Source of the DNA: Schmidtea polychroa
Taxonomy: Eukaryota
Direction: 5' to 3'
NCBI GenBank assembly: GCA_044892525.1
Contig: CM097887.1
Span: forward strand, 50,406,001-50,470,000
DNA length: 64,000 nt
In this document: in pieces, positions 50,701-60,098 of the stretch
How the letters are laid out: every line of letters begins with the position of its first letter
How positions within the stretch are numbered: the first letter of the stretch is position 1
The notes under the pieces: model-generated
Told to the model about the DNA's origin: nothing
What the model saw: the letters and a program-made list of their open reading frames with translations, nothing else
Databases searched by the model: none
Program-made: the position numbers and the translations under genes

Positions 50701-53700
50701 TAGTTTCATTGGTAAATCTGACGAGTCGTATGCAAGGTCGGATAAATTATAACTTGATGTCCTATTTCTAACATAACTACTAATTTCATCATATTTTAAA
50801 ATAGCTAAAATGCTATATAGAAAACATGAATCATCAGTGTTTTTTATATTAATTAAACAATATTTATTTTTCAAATAAGTTGGTGTTTCAATAAAACTCT
50901 TACCACTTAACCTACTTAACCTACTTATTTTAGTTATAGTGAAATGGATTTCTGTTATATTTTTTTATAATCCAACTACTTCCTAACTCTGTAATACTAG
51001 AGATTTTTTCGTTTAATTCCCTAATACCTTCGTCAAAAAATGATGCAGTTAATGGTTTTGCGTTATTGGAGATATTATTAACTTTTATTTCCCCGTCTTT
51101 TTCAAATTCGATTGTTATTCCGAATTGAATTTTGACGGAACCTAATTCATTAATAATATCTCTTAATTTATTTATTAATGGTTCTGGAAATATTATTTCC
51201 TTTATATTTAAATCACTTGTATCTAAGCTCAATATCTGGTGAGTACCACTTAAATCTCGTTGAACTGTCGGTACATTTCCACCTATTTGTATAAGAATCA
51301 AGGGAAGTGAATAATCCATCATTGGATTCAATAATTATTCCATCCTGGGATTCGTTAATAATATCTCTTAATTTGATTATTAACGATTCTGGAAATATTA
51401 TTTCCTTTATATTTAAATCACTTGTATCTAAGCTTAATATCTGGTGGGTCCTTTATATCCACACAATCATTTTTTTCGACGTTACACAATACCCATTTTT
51501 TATGGAAAATTTGTCAAGGTCATTGTAAATAATCAAAAATAAAATTATTCGTAAATTTACTATTATAGGGTTTTGCATTTCTATAATCACATGTTTGCAT
51601 TTCTATAATCACATGTTTGCATTTCTATAATCACATGTTTGCATTTCTATAATCACATGTTTTCATTTCAATAATCATATGTTTTCATTTCTATAATCAC
51701 GTAAAAAAATTTTATCCTAAAAATAATTAATGGTAAGACACGAGGAAAAATAACACAAGCAGTCGTAGACATTGTTTTATCGATGACAATTAGAAACAAA
51801 ACCATCAAAAAATATCCGAAACTGTTAAGCTTCATAGAAGAACAGTTGGAGAAATTTAAAAAAAAACAAGAGAGTAGATCGTCCTTTACTTCTGCAAAGG
51901 AAAAGTATAAGGAAACATGCAGAAGAAAAAGAGAATTTTTAACTGCCGCAGAAGAGGTAATATTCAATTCTATAGCTTGTAACAGCTCTTTGATTATTAA
52001 TGAAATAAAGCAAAAAGTGTCTGAACAGTTGGACGATGATATTTCTAGTTCCAAAATTTCAAGAAAAATGAAACAGATGAATATTACAAGAAAAAGGTTT
52101 GTTTTAGTGCCCAGAGAACGAAGTACAGCGGGGAGACTTGATGAACGAACAATATATGCTGCATATATTAGTCGATTTTCCGATGAAACTGGATTTAGTC
52201 AACATACTCATCGAAAATATGGCTATTCCAGTGTCAACACTCCTGCGTATATCACCGTGCCAGCAAATAGGGGAATTGACGACTGTATTGTGACTGTGAC
52301 CAGGTTTTGCTTGAGTACGAACATGGGCTGCGGGAAGCGATTCATATGAGATTCGAAATCCAATAATTTCGGAACATAATTTCGAATCTTTGAGCACTTG
52401 TTGTTGCAATGACCTTGGGTTGTAAAAGAAGGTCTTTCAACAGGCATTTTACAACATCGAATCCTGTAAAGCGGCAAAATCTACCTATGGTATTTGGGTT
52501 TTGTTTATAAACGGTTGGTTAATTTAAAATGGGTTNNNNNNNNNNNNNNNNNNNNNNNNNNNNNNNNNNNNNNNNNNNNNNNNNNNNNNNNNNNNNNNNN
52601 NNNNNNNNNNNNNNNNNNNNNNNNNNNNNNNNNNNNNNNNNNNNNNNNNNNNNNNNNNNNNNNNNNNNNNNNNNNNNNNNNNNNNNNNNNNNNNNNNGAT
52701 AAAATTTAATCTGTGCGTTTCTTCAAAAAACAATGATAATCGAGTGGTTATTAAGATTAAATTTGTCAGTTTGCTTACGTTTGGTAATAAATGTTCGGGT
52801 TTTCATTTAGAATATCACAAAGACTTGCAATCGCCCGAGCCATTTCCCAGGATAAATCATCGTCCAAATCTTTAAACGAACTGAAGATGTCTTGACCCTG
52901 CTGGAAATTAAAATGAAACAACTGGTTTTCATTGATAAGAAATTTGATATTCATTTCTTTGAGAGTCAAGATGTAATTCGCTGCCACAGATTCGCCAATT
53001 AATCTCAGATTTTCCATGTTACATTCTACAAATGATAAAATTTTAATTAAATAGAAATAATAGGTAAAGAAAACTAAAATACAAATCGAATAAAAATGTT
53101 AACAGTTATTTACGGAAACAATAAAAATGTAATGATTATGATTTAATGAGTAAATTAAATAATCTAAATAAATTCGTTGCATCAAAATCTTTAAAATCAT
53201 TAAATATCTTTAAAAATAAATCTCAATCCGCAATAGGTTTAGTATCTGACCTAGTGTATAAATTTTCATGTAATGGTTGCAATGCCATATGCATTGGATA
53301 TTCCCCGTCATCTCCGCACACGAATTCAGGAACATAGCCGATTGAGAAGCGTGAGTCATGTAGTTGAGAGTAGGAAAATGTGTAAAGGTCTAAGTGGGAA
53401 AGAATTTTATGTGAGGCATTGGTTATTAAATCACATTCCCCCACCACTCGATCACCAACAAATTTATTGAAATCATTCAATTAACTCATCAAATCATAAC
53501 CATTACATCATTAATGTTTACGTATATAACTGTTAACAAATATTATGATGGCAGACTGATGATAGGGATAATTTCCTTGAAATATATTTCGTTTATTTGA
53601 TGTTTTTATTAAAAATGGGCAATCATTTTTTCAATATTTAAATGAAAATGAATTATATTTCAACGACATGGTCATCATGTCAGTCACTGGTATTAAAACT

Positions 53701-55343
53701 CAAAAAATCTGTTATCGATTGAATATTAATGGAAGGAAATTAGTACATAATCATCAATATTATTCAAACCTTTCGCACCACCATGACCTTGGACTCCAAT
53801 GTAAAGAGTACCGGGAGCCTTCCCGATGTATGTGGCATTCATTCATTACGTATATGTATTTACTAAATCTTAAACAAAGAATATTAGTATTCAAAATTTA
53901 TTCTTGAAAGTATTTGATGATATCATATATTTTGAAACCTTTCAGAATGATAGACAGCCAAGATATTTTTAAGATTTGATTCCTTAGTAACAGAAGAATT
54001 TAATTATAATCTGCTAGCATTGTTCTCGGGTTTTCATGTATTAATCTCATCTAGGGCCATGATATTGGAAATAATAATTCCAGACAAATGAATATTGAAT
54101 TAAACCCAGTAATAAATTAGCGTCATTAAGTTCTTTGGGCAGAATCTGTATTAGCAGGTGCTAATTCAATCCAGTAAACATATTTATGTCAAAGTATTAC
54201 TAACGTTGTAAATCAGAAGCCGTCCATAAATGGCGTCACGGAATTTTAGCCCATTTTTAACACCCTTCGTTACAAAAAGTTACACCTCTTCAAATACTGC
54301 GTCACAAAGCCCTACACCCCTCCTAAAAAAATTATCATGAAATCCTTAAAAATATTCTTCATCTTCCTTTCAGACGTTCAAAATGTAATATTTAAATACT
54401 TTTATTAATAACAAATAAAGTAATTACTACTGCAAAAAACTTGGAACTTTATAGGAGAACGGAAAATGGAGTGGATAAGATAGGCATTTTGCTGCTAAAT
54501 ATGTATCAGATTTTCTCATTTAATTTGATACATATTTTGCAGCAAAGATTTATCTTATTATTTACTTTTTTAATATTGTTGAGTATTGGTAACGTAGAGT
54601 CAGAGCGGAAATAATTTTCCTTCCTCAACATTAATAAACCCAACAGTACTTCCTCCAAAATTCATTTTAATATGTCTATCATGTGAATAACATACCAAAA
54701 TAACCTTGAAAATCTAGGAAAAATCTTAAATTTCGGCTGTTTTTTAATTTGAAAATTCAGTAAAAGAATTTCCCAAAGTTTTGTTTATAAAAGGATCATG
54801 GCGAGTTTATAGAGAAGTGAAAGACTCAACTGCTAATCACGTATGGCAAAATCGTCAAAAAATACATTAGTCGACTGCAACAGATGATTGGCACCCACAT
54901 TTGGTGGATAGTCACTAAAATGCATTAATGGAACCAGATTTGTCAACAAATAATAGACATTAAATATTCCAGTAAAGTCAATATCATGTGAATTTGAGCT
55001 AATATCAACATTGTCATCATAAAATAAACAAATGAAACTTTGTGGCTAATAAATCAACAAATCACAACCCTTACCGTCAACAAAAAACACATGTGCCTTG
55101 CTATAGACAGGGGTCGATTCAAAATCACGAAGCATCAATTCGATTTTCTAAAATATAATTAAATTATTAAAAATAGTTATTGATTGAAGATATAAATATA
55201 CGTTTCTTCCTGGAGAGATTAAATAAATGGCTTCCAGTGGCACAGGTTCTCGTCTTTTGGCCAAGTCATCGACAACTGAAAATATATCAAACAATTAGCA
55301 TCATTAACATTCGAAGTGATCATTTGAAAAGGGCTGTGCCGAA

Positions 55344-55410
<67 letters not shown>

Positions 55411-58400
55411 ATTATTAAAAGTTTATTATTATTTTAAACCAATGAGAAGTAAGAAAAAGGAAATAAAAGCGAAGCTAAATTCCATAAAATTGAAAAGGGA
55501 TATGTTATAGTCGAATTTTTTTCCTCTGTATTAAATTTATTATTCGCAGCAAAAGGCTTAAATTATCATTTAATTGTTTTAAAATTTAATTAATAAGTAA
55601 TCATCAATTTATATTATTATTATCATCATTACTTTTGTTAAACAATTCAATGATAATCTAAGGCTTTTATAGTTGAAAATTATTTCATTTTATTAAATAT
55701 ATACTTCGCAGCAAGGCTTAAATTATCATTTAATTGTTTAACATTTAATTAATGCTGCTACCAAGAAATCATCACTTTATATAANNNNNNNNNNNNNNNN
55801 NNNNNNNNNNNNNNNNNNNNNNNNNNNNNNNNNNNNNNNNNNNNNNNNNNNNNNNNNNNNNNNNNNNNNNNNNNNNNNNNNNNNNNNNNNNNNNNNNNNN
55901 NNNNNNNNNNNNNNNNNNNNNNNNNNNNNNNNNNNNNNNNNNNNNNNNNNNNNNNNNNNNNNNNNNNNNNNNNNNNNNNNNNNNNNNNNNNNNNNNNNNN
56001 NNNNNNNNNNNNNNNNNNNNNNNNNNNNNNAAAAAATGATTTTACAATGATAAATGTAAAAAATCTTGAACAGTTTATCCCAGGGGTGGGCAAAAGCCGG
56101 CCTGCGAGCGTCTCCGGCCCTTTTGCTTATTTTATCCGGCCCGTTGAAAAATCCCGCGTGCAATTTTTTAAATCTCTTTTATGCGATTTTGTAAAAATCA
56201 ATAGTATTAATGTGCGTAGTGTACATATAAATAATGAAAAATATAAATAATAGACAGTATTATAATTTCGAACAGCCGTAATTGTTAAACATAAATTAAG
56301 CATAATTTCATTAAAGTAACTACATCAGAAATACATTATGATACTTTAGTGACGCATCTATAATTGGTTGTGCACACCAACCTGTATTATAAATGCGTTT
56401 GTTCACTGCAATCGGGTCTACTTTAATGTATGCAACATACTCTCACAAAGCGCGTGGTTGGCTAAATTGAATTGAAAGTACATAGAATTGAATGTGTACT
56501 CCTCTCACTCTTTGAGGGATTACAGGTCACAGTACGCGTACTGTTTATTTTGATTTAGCATTGGTCGCATACTCGTCGTCATTTCTTTTAAGAGTCTTAA
56601 ATTAAGACTAATGTTTGTTATTTTGCTAATATAATAACAAATTAAATAAGTGGACTTCTTGTAAGTAAAATTTTAAAACATTGGTTTTATTTTATTGTAT
56701 TAATTAAATTATTTATTTATAGGCCTTTGTAAAATGAGTCAATCTAAAAATAGAAAAGTTCATTTGGAATGGAGAATGTTCAGTGAAACATGGACGGTAA
56801 AAAACCTTTTACAGACATTGATAATAAAGTAATTTGTTTAGTTTGTCAGGAAACAATTGCTGTTTTCAAGAAATACAATATAAACGAGCATTTTAAATCA
56901 AAACATCCAAAATATACATCACTTTCTTTAAAAGAACTTCAAAATGCAGCAGGAAACTTGGAAAAAGACTTGATTAATAAACAAAATATTTTTACCAAAC
57001 AAAGTAATATCGAGAAATCTACCACAAAAGCAAGTTATGTTGTTGCACACCAAATTGCTAAGTTCTGTAAACCGTTTACTGAGGGAGAATTTGTACAAGT
57101 ATCGGAGATATGTTGTCCTGAAAAGAAACATATTTTTGAAAATGTAAGCCTATCGAGAAGAACAATAGTACAACGGATCGAAAATATTTAAGGAAATTTA
57201 TTTGACCAGCTAAGAAGAAAAATTGTCGAGTTTACATATTGTTCTCTAGGTTTAGATGAGTCCTGCGATTTTACTGACATAAGTCAGTTATTAATATTTA
57301 TTCGGGGCATTAACAAGAAATGTGAAATTAGCGAGGAACTTCTTAGTGTGCATCCATTGAAAGATACTACTACCGGTGAAGACTTCTTTATCGTTGTTGA
57401 AGAGTGTTTAGTTAAAGTAAATTTAACTTGGAACCAAATATTAAGCAAGCATCACTACGGATGGTTGTCCTAGTTTAACAGGAAAAATGTGGGCTTACTA
57501 AAACGAATCAGCGACAAATTAAAAGAGTTGCAGCCAGAACAAAATATATTGTTTTTACACTGCATTATTCATTAAGAAGTGCTGTGTAGAAAAGTCTTGA
57601 AATGGAATCACGTCGTTACTCTTGTGACAAAAGTTGTGAATTTTATCCGGGACGTGCCTTAAATCATCGACAGTTTGTTGAATTTTTGAAAGAAATTGAA
57701 AGTGACTTTTACGAAATTCCTTATTACGCTGAAGTGAGATGGCTTAGCATCGGTAAAGTTTTGGACAGGTTTCAATATTTGCTTGATGGAATAGTATCCT
57801 TCTTGTCGATAAAAGGAAAACTACATGATTTTCCTGAATTGCAAAATGAGGCATGGCTAAACGATTTCGAGTTTTTGTAGATATTGTAAAATATTTGAAA
57901 GAACTAATTATACATCTACAAAACCAATTCGATTTAAATATGCACTAAAACGTCAAAGCATTTATGATAGAACTCAATTTATTTGATGAAAACTTTAATA
58001 AGAAAATACTAAATCATTTCCCCTCATTACAAACACGACGAGAATCATTGAAAAATACTGATTTCCTTAAATGTAGTGCAATTACACAAGACCTGCATTC
58101 TGAGTTTCAAAGAAGATTTCAAGAATTCAAAGCTATTGAAAATCCTTTATCATTAATTAGTCAACTTTTCAATTTCGATGTGCAAATTGAAATTCAACTA
58201 AAACTAATTGACTTACAGTCAAATAATTTACTAAAGGAAAACTTTAATTCGAACGAATTGAGTGCTTTCTACTGTGCTTTGAATACAGAACATTTCAAAT
58301 ATTTTTTTAACTATATTCAAAAATACCTAGTTTTATTTGGTTCGACATATATTTGTGAAAGAACTTTTTCCTTAATGGTTTCCACTAAAAATGAACATCG

Positions 58401-59234
58401 ATCACAAATTACTGACGAAAATCTACACTCGGTATTATGGATTGCTACAAGTGATTTGGATTCCAATTTTGAGAAGTTATATCAAATGAACATTTGAGAT
58501 TTCACGTTTCGCATTAACTATAAGTATTCTATTTTAGCGTTTGATGTTTGTCTTTTCTTTTTAAAATTCTATTTACAAAATGCAATATAAACATAGAAAT
58601 GTAATAACTATGTATCAATATTAAATATTTTGTATCCTTAAGATATATATAAATAACAAAATAAAATTTGTCATTAACTTTTTTATTTAATCATTAATTT
58701 AATATAATGCATTACGTGACACAAATTCGCGTGTACACCCAATTAAGACAATTTCTTGAGCTGGAAAAAAACTCCACCCAAAACAATCACATGTGCACAG
58801 CGTACGCGGTATAGTTCTCCGGCCCGGGAGACATTTTGAAAATTTCATTTTGGCCCGCTCTTAAAAGTATTTTCCCACCCCTGGTTTATCCTATCTCATT
58901 GGAACATATTCGCAATCAGATTCCATTTGTTGGCACAGTTTACAAGAGCTTCGTCCATAAAATTGCACAGAAAACAAAAAGAATATAAGTTATGTTTTAA
59001 CAAAAAATTATTAATTTACTAACGAGTTACTCCTTTATCGAATAAGTCATGCATTTTAAGGATCTTTGCAATAATTTGCGTACTATATTCATCAAGAACA
59101 AGAATTCGCCAGATGTTTTCTTCGTATAGAGGGTCAAACACTTTCGAACATATTTCTAAACAAGTCACACATAAAAATTTAATTGTCAAAATTATATAAA
59201 TCCCACCTCTATATATATTTAATTTCAGAGACAT
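17761..59234 (-). CDS. STXBP1: Munc18/UNC-18/Rop (Sec1/Munc18 family) gene. Exons 59207-59234, 59024-59155, 55202-55275, 55075-55147, 52779-53025, 46346-46427, 25413-25543, ~25270-25360 (runs into gap), 24803-~25064 (emerges from gap), 23839-23977, 23671-23789, 18252-18368, 17977-18204, 17761-17925
   Basis: Hand-spliced exons give WRILVLD, VDDLAKRREPVPLEAIYLISP, AHVFFVD, TLKEMNIKF, IASLCDILNENPNIYY, LLILDRSIDPLTPILHDL, DDLWIQLRHNHIA, VKKMPH, NLAMGTDASG, YTLSRWIPFIED, GPRLIIFVIGGVSLAECRVAY and WEVIIGGTSILTP, all collinear with Munc18-1. All visible junctions are GT-AG and phase-compatible. Which vertebrate paralog it is closest to is not resolved. Confidence 0.93.
18577..18826. mobile_element. 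piggyBac-like MITE
   Basis: TTAA on both flanks (18573-18576 and 18827-18830); imperfect TIRs CACGTTAAACACTG / CACGTTGAAGACCG (reverse complement). Confidence 0.75.
19020..21484 (-). mobile_element. hAT-Buster/SPIN-like element (GTF2IRD2-like transposase)
   Basis: TIR CAGGGGTCTCAAAC at both ends; TSD CTTCAGTT/CTTTAGTT (7 of 8 match); GCGGCCCGC subterminal repeats. Confidence 0.93.
19250..21072 (-). pseudogene. Buster transposase split by a 1-nt deletion near 19585
   Basis: 500-aa ORF (CLICQ...RHYDTMH, FSIALDESTD, TDGAPAM, HCIVHQEALC, VRWLSRG) continues in another frame as MELVDLQCD...FGITYVCEQFFSSMK...LTDEHL. Confidence 0.9.
25928..26985 (-). repeat. 3' LTR
   Basis: Same length as the 45031-46088 copy; only two substitutions noticed by eye. 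AATAAA on the minus strand at 26031-26036; TATATAAG at 26309-26316. Confidence 0.97.
26986..27000 (-). promoter_or_regulatory. Polypurine tract
   Basis: TTAAGGGGGGAGATA immediately precedes the TG of the 3' LTR on the minus strand. Confidence 0.9.
27960..28270. repeat. About 166-bp imperfect tandem duplication in the retroelement 3' region
   Basis: cggaaaagcagtggaaagtaattttatttatatattttcaaattatttgcgttacttta...ggtgaaggtagattaaaggattatctgtt occurs twice. Confidence 0.9.
29260..30318 (+). other. Putative antisense multi-exon (micro-exon) gene inside the retroelement
   Basis: A chain of short exon-like blocks separated by GT..AG segments, mostly 46-64 nt, with pyrimidine tracts and one TACTAAC branch site; it ends in a 51-codon open exon with TAA (30304-30306) and AATAAA (30313-30318). 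The model was built by hand. Confidence 0.45.
29288..29462. repeat. 50-bp tandem repeat, about 3.5 copies
   Basis: Unit acgtagcccgtactgataagctttctaattaattaccctgtggtttgtta. Confidence 0.92.
30770..31015 (-). CDS. 81-aa accessory ORF (CxxC + coiled coil + acidic tail) downstream of pol
   Basis: ATG at 31015 lies 3 nt after a TTTCAG acceptor-like site; heptad-like ITDLEEENFRLKRRLDRLE. Confidence 0.55.
   Translation of the reverse strand: MQEASEMTCKECKTSTQELKQKFRSMQGRITDLEEENFRLKRRLDRLEILFFQHEADFAMFRMRVEEMEESEDDGEINQLD
31437..34876 (-). CDS. Polyprotein, 3' part: RT, RNase H, integrase and a C-terminal extension
   Basis: LRFCVDYRKLN, LPFGL, YIDD (34521-34532), MTDASN, TDHNPL, HHCC Zn domain, DDE core, KGPY; then hydrophobic ILYVAVMLMLVTVASG and about 270 extra aa. 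Confidence 0.95.
34885..38449 (+). mobile_element. hAT transposon nested in the RT-coding region
   Basis: Perfect 8-bp TSD GTGACGCG (34877-34884 and 38450-38457); termini CAGGCCCG at both ends. Confidence 0.96.
35642..38293 (+). CDS. Apparently intact 883-aa hAT transposase (ZMYM1/DUF4371-type)
   Basis: Uninterrupted ORF with AFCFCCKIF, YFSIILDCTPDVSHTEQM, RGQGYDNGSNM, CSAHSLNL, TRWESR, SVASGERSFSKLK and FAKLKARK. Confidence 0.93.
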   Translation: MADRKKLSGAQNRKRKAEKKNEEKKQEGAFLKYICRQQSQDKNRNEMTPRKQVYCNLEEQMDRNSTTRNAEVPILTEFPHTNVEETIEETEVETIEETVEEPIEEIVLETIEDTEEILINETLEILESVNSSLDYSDPATWLNSHDLRSGRLRQILVEHGPEQIEEFDFPQNESHRKFSMNFYRRRLANGEEMRRHWLQYSKTTNSAFCFCCKIFNNNQRVIHLSDKGSSDWKNMSVILERHEKNKDHLINFQTWKELELRLKKNKTIDQDNLRLIKQEERHWQQVLERLIGLVKVLATQNIAFRGSNEKLYSPGNGNFLSFVEYLASFDPIMGEHLRRIKNNETQVHYLGKDIQNELIQLLSKSIKTKILKSISMAKYFSIILDCTPDVSHTEQMTLIIRFVHTNTENCDLDPICIREHFLGFVKLTDTTGAGMTDEIVQMLADMSLPIENLRGQGYDNGSNMKGKENGVQRRILNLNPRALFVPCSAHSLNLVVNDAVSCCLDATSFFMLVQRIYVYFAASTRRWEVLKRHASNLTVKPLSDTRWESRIDALKPLRYQLSKVIAALIDIFQDTSQTGVSGNTSRIEAQGLAKAISNFEFVVSVIIWYDILFNINITSKQLQSEKINIQDAMKLLEDTKKFLFNSRNDEGFERILVDARELAEESEISPIFKQTQRIRKQKKQFEYEANDEPIQNPKEKFKISFYFAVLDRALKSVEQRFTQMSTINSTFGFLYNIHNLQYISSKKILEDCLKLENFLRHDDSKDIDGTDLLNELIFIARHIPKNLLPEDVLNYICKNNIVDSVPNIFVALRILLTLPVSVASGERSFSKLKQIKTYIRSTMSQERLVGLAILSIEHEMARDIDTKLLLEDFAKLKARKIKF
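38450..44360 (-). CDS. Polyprotein, 5' part: Gag C-terminus with 3 CCHC knuckles, two ubiquitin-like modules, Bcl-2-like domain, signal/TM, fusion glycoprotein, TM, aspartic protease and RT start
   Basis: CEHCKKSGHYSNQC, CYRCGKKGHISRNC, CHSCKGYGHMARSC; LKFENRCLED and LTFKGRELDD; WIANNGGW; LVAYDC...CGKWSH...CTNELPV; FVDSGS (39309-39317). It joins the 3' part in frame once the hAT is removed (IIRDSASP-FSSSIVIVKKKDG). Confidence 0.93.
44361..44701 (-). CDS. Gag N-terminus, out of frame with the rest of the polyprotein in this copy
   Basis: Retrotransposon capsid-like YGGDPVEFADF...WTQ...FPLYLKGAAREAW...WTKLKDAM...FYNRVQ; first ATG at 44701. Confidence 0.8.
45006..45023 (-). promoter_or_regulatory. 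Primer-binding site, tRNA-Trp type
   Basis: TGGTGAGCCCGACGTGAT starts 7 nt inside the 5' LTR end. It differs by one base from the complement of the recalled eukaryotic tRNA-Trp 3' end (TGGTGACCCCGACGTGAT). Confidence 0.8.
45031..46088 (-). repeat. 5' LTR with TATA box at 45412-45419
   Basis: TG...CA, 1058 bp, direct repeat of 25928-26985. Confidence 0.97.
47645..51530 (-). mobile_element. Truncated Maverick/Polinton remnant with a fragmented protein-primed PolB
   Basis: Collinear fragments CLINIKNTDDSCFLYSILA, VVYADFEAIL, CYLC...HDHFTGKYLGAAC...FHNLKGYD, YLKLDCFLLADFF, YYKLLNNS, PSYIGQSVLDLSK...DTDS and GKFKDE...LRPKCYS...KAKG. An AGTAG/G-tract terminus-like sequence is at about 47645. Boundaries approximate. 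Confidence 0.85.
51572..51700. repeat. 22-bp tandem repeat (TTTGCATTTCTATAATCACATG)
   Basis: About 4 clean and 2 degenerate copies at the left end of the Tc1-like remnant. Confidence 0.9.
51783..52349 (+). pseudogene. IS630/Tc1-like transposase remnant
   Basis: HTH region (EIKQKV...ISRKMKQMNITRKR) and first catalytic motif DETGF...KYGYS...ANRG; the rest of the DDE domain is absent. Confidence 0.75.
53200..53480 (+). pseudogene. Penelope-like element GIY-YIG endonuclease fragment
   Basis: Two frames join as LVYKFSCNGCNAICIG...PRHLRTRIQEH. Confidence 0.75.
55347..55415. repeat. (TAT)n microsatellite
   Basis: Direct reading. Confidence 0.97.
56081..58883 (+). mobile_element. hAT-Buster element with a decayed transposase, in Munc18 intron 2
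   Basis: TSD GTTTATCC (56073-56080 and 58884-58891); TIR CAGGGGTGGG; fragments CLVCQ...HFKSKH, LGLDESCD, EVRWLSIG and FGSTYICERTFS. Confidence 0.95.
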
Positions 59235-59789
59235 TCATAAAATAAAAAAACTTTCAAATAAAAGTTAATTTAATTTAATAAACTAAAACAAAATTCAGAT
59301 GTAGCAAATTCTAATTATAGATTTAATTATAAAATCTAATTAACCAATTTTATCCAATAATATAATGTTTATTTCATCTTCATTTGATTTATTAGAATAT
59401 ATTTATTAGTATTTTTAATTACAAACTTGTTTATTCAAATTATTTCATTGAAAAAGATTAATTTAAAAACTAAATTGTTGAATTCATTTATTGAACTAAA
59501 TTAAAATGTTACTTAGATCTGAAATAATTATTTGTATTTAATATTAAAACAAATGTAATTAATTAACTAACATTGTTTCCTCTTAGGAACGAAATTTGAG
59601 AGGAATCTGTGTTTATCGACCTATGGTTCTAGTTAATTGGTTTTCTTGGTCTGAATAAATTTCATTCGTTTCGAGGTAATCTAAAGTTATTGTCTCGGAC
59701 GCTGGACTAAGGTGACACTTTTAAACAGTGCCGATTCTTTCATTTTCAAATTTTATCCTGGCGAAAAATAGAATTAGGGATTGGGTTAA

Positions 59790-59910
59790 TGAATATAGAA
59801 CATTTCAAATATTTTTTAACTATATCCAAAAATACCTAGTTTTATTTGGTTCGACATATATTTGTGAAAGAACTTTTTCTTTAATGGTTTCCACGAAAAA
59901 TAAACATCGA
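59790..59910 (+). repeat. About 120-bp copy of Buster coding sequence from 58280-58401
   Basis: Near-identical ...aaatacctagttttatttggttcgacatatatttgtgaaagaactttt... Confidence 0.85.
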
Positions 59911-60098
59911 AAAATAAACCTTGTTTAATAGTGTATGCGTTTTGACTCTAGACGGGTTACGAGTGGGAAACGTTTTATAGTGTATGTATTACCTTATCAA
60001 TGCTTGCCGTTTGTCTTCTTTCTTTCGTAACGACACATAATCATTGATTTTACCGCTGTTTGGCTCAAAAAATAAAGTAAATTAAAAGAACTTAAAAT

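Noticed and set aside
51572-51700. 22-bp and 50-bp (29288-29462) arrays as possible CRISPR
   Set aside because: They are head-to-tail repeats with no unique spacers, in a eukaryotic context with no cas genes.
52340-52470. GFDVVKCLLKDLLLQ as a candidate Munc18 LDRGFD exon
   Set aside because: A much better, phase-compatible exon exists at 25413-25543.
55180-55437. Plus-strand ORF beginning IEDINIR, which resembles Munc18 VEDINKR
   Set aside because: It is on the wrong strand. The true exon (VDDLAKRREP) is on the minus strand at 55202-55275, and the ORF runs into a microsatellite.
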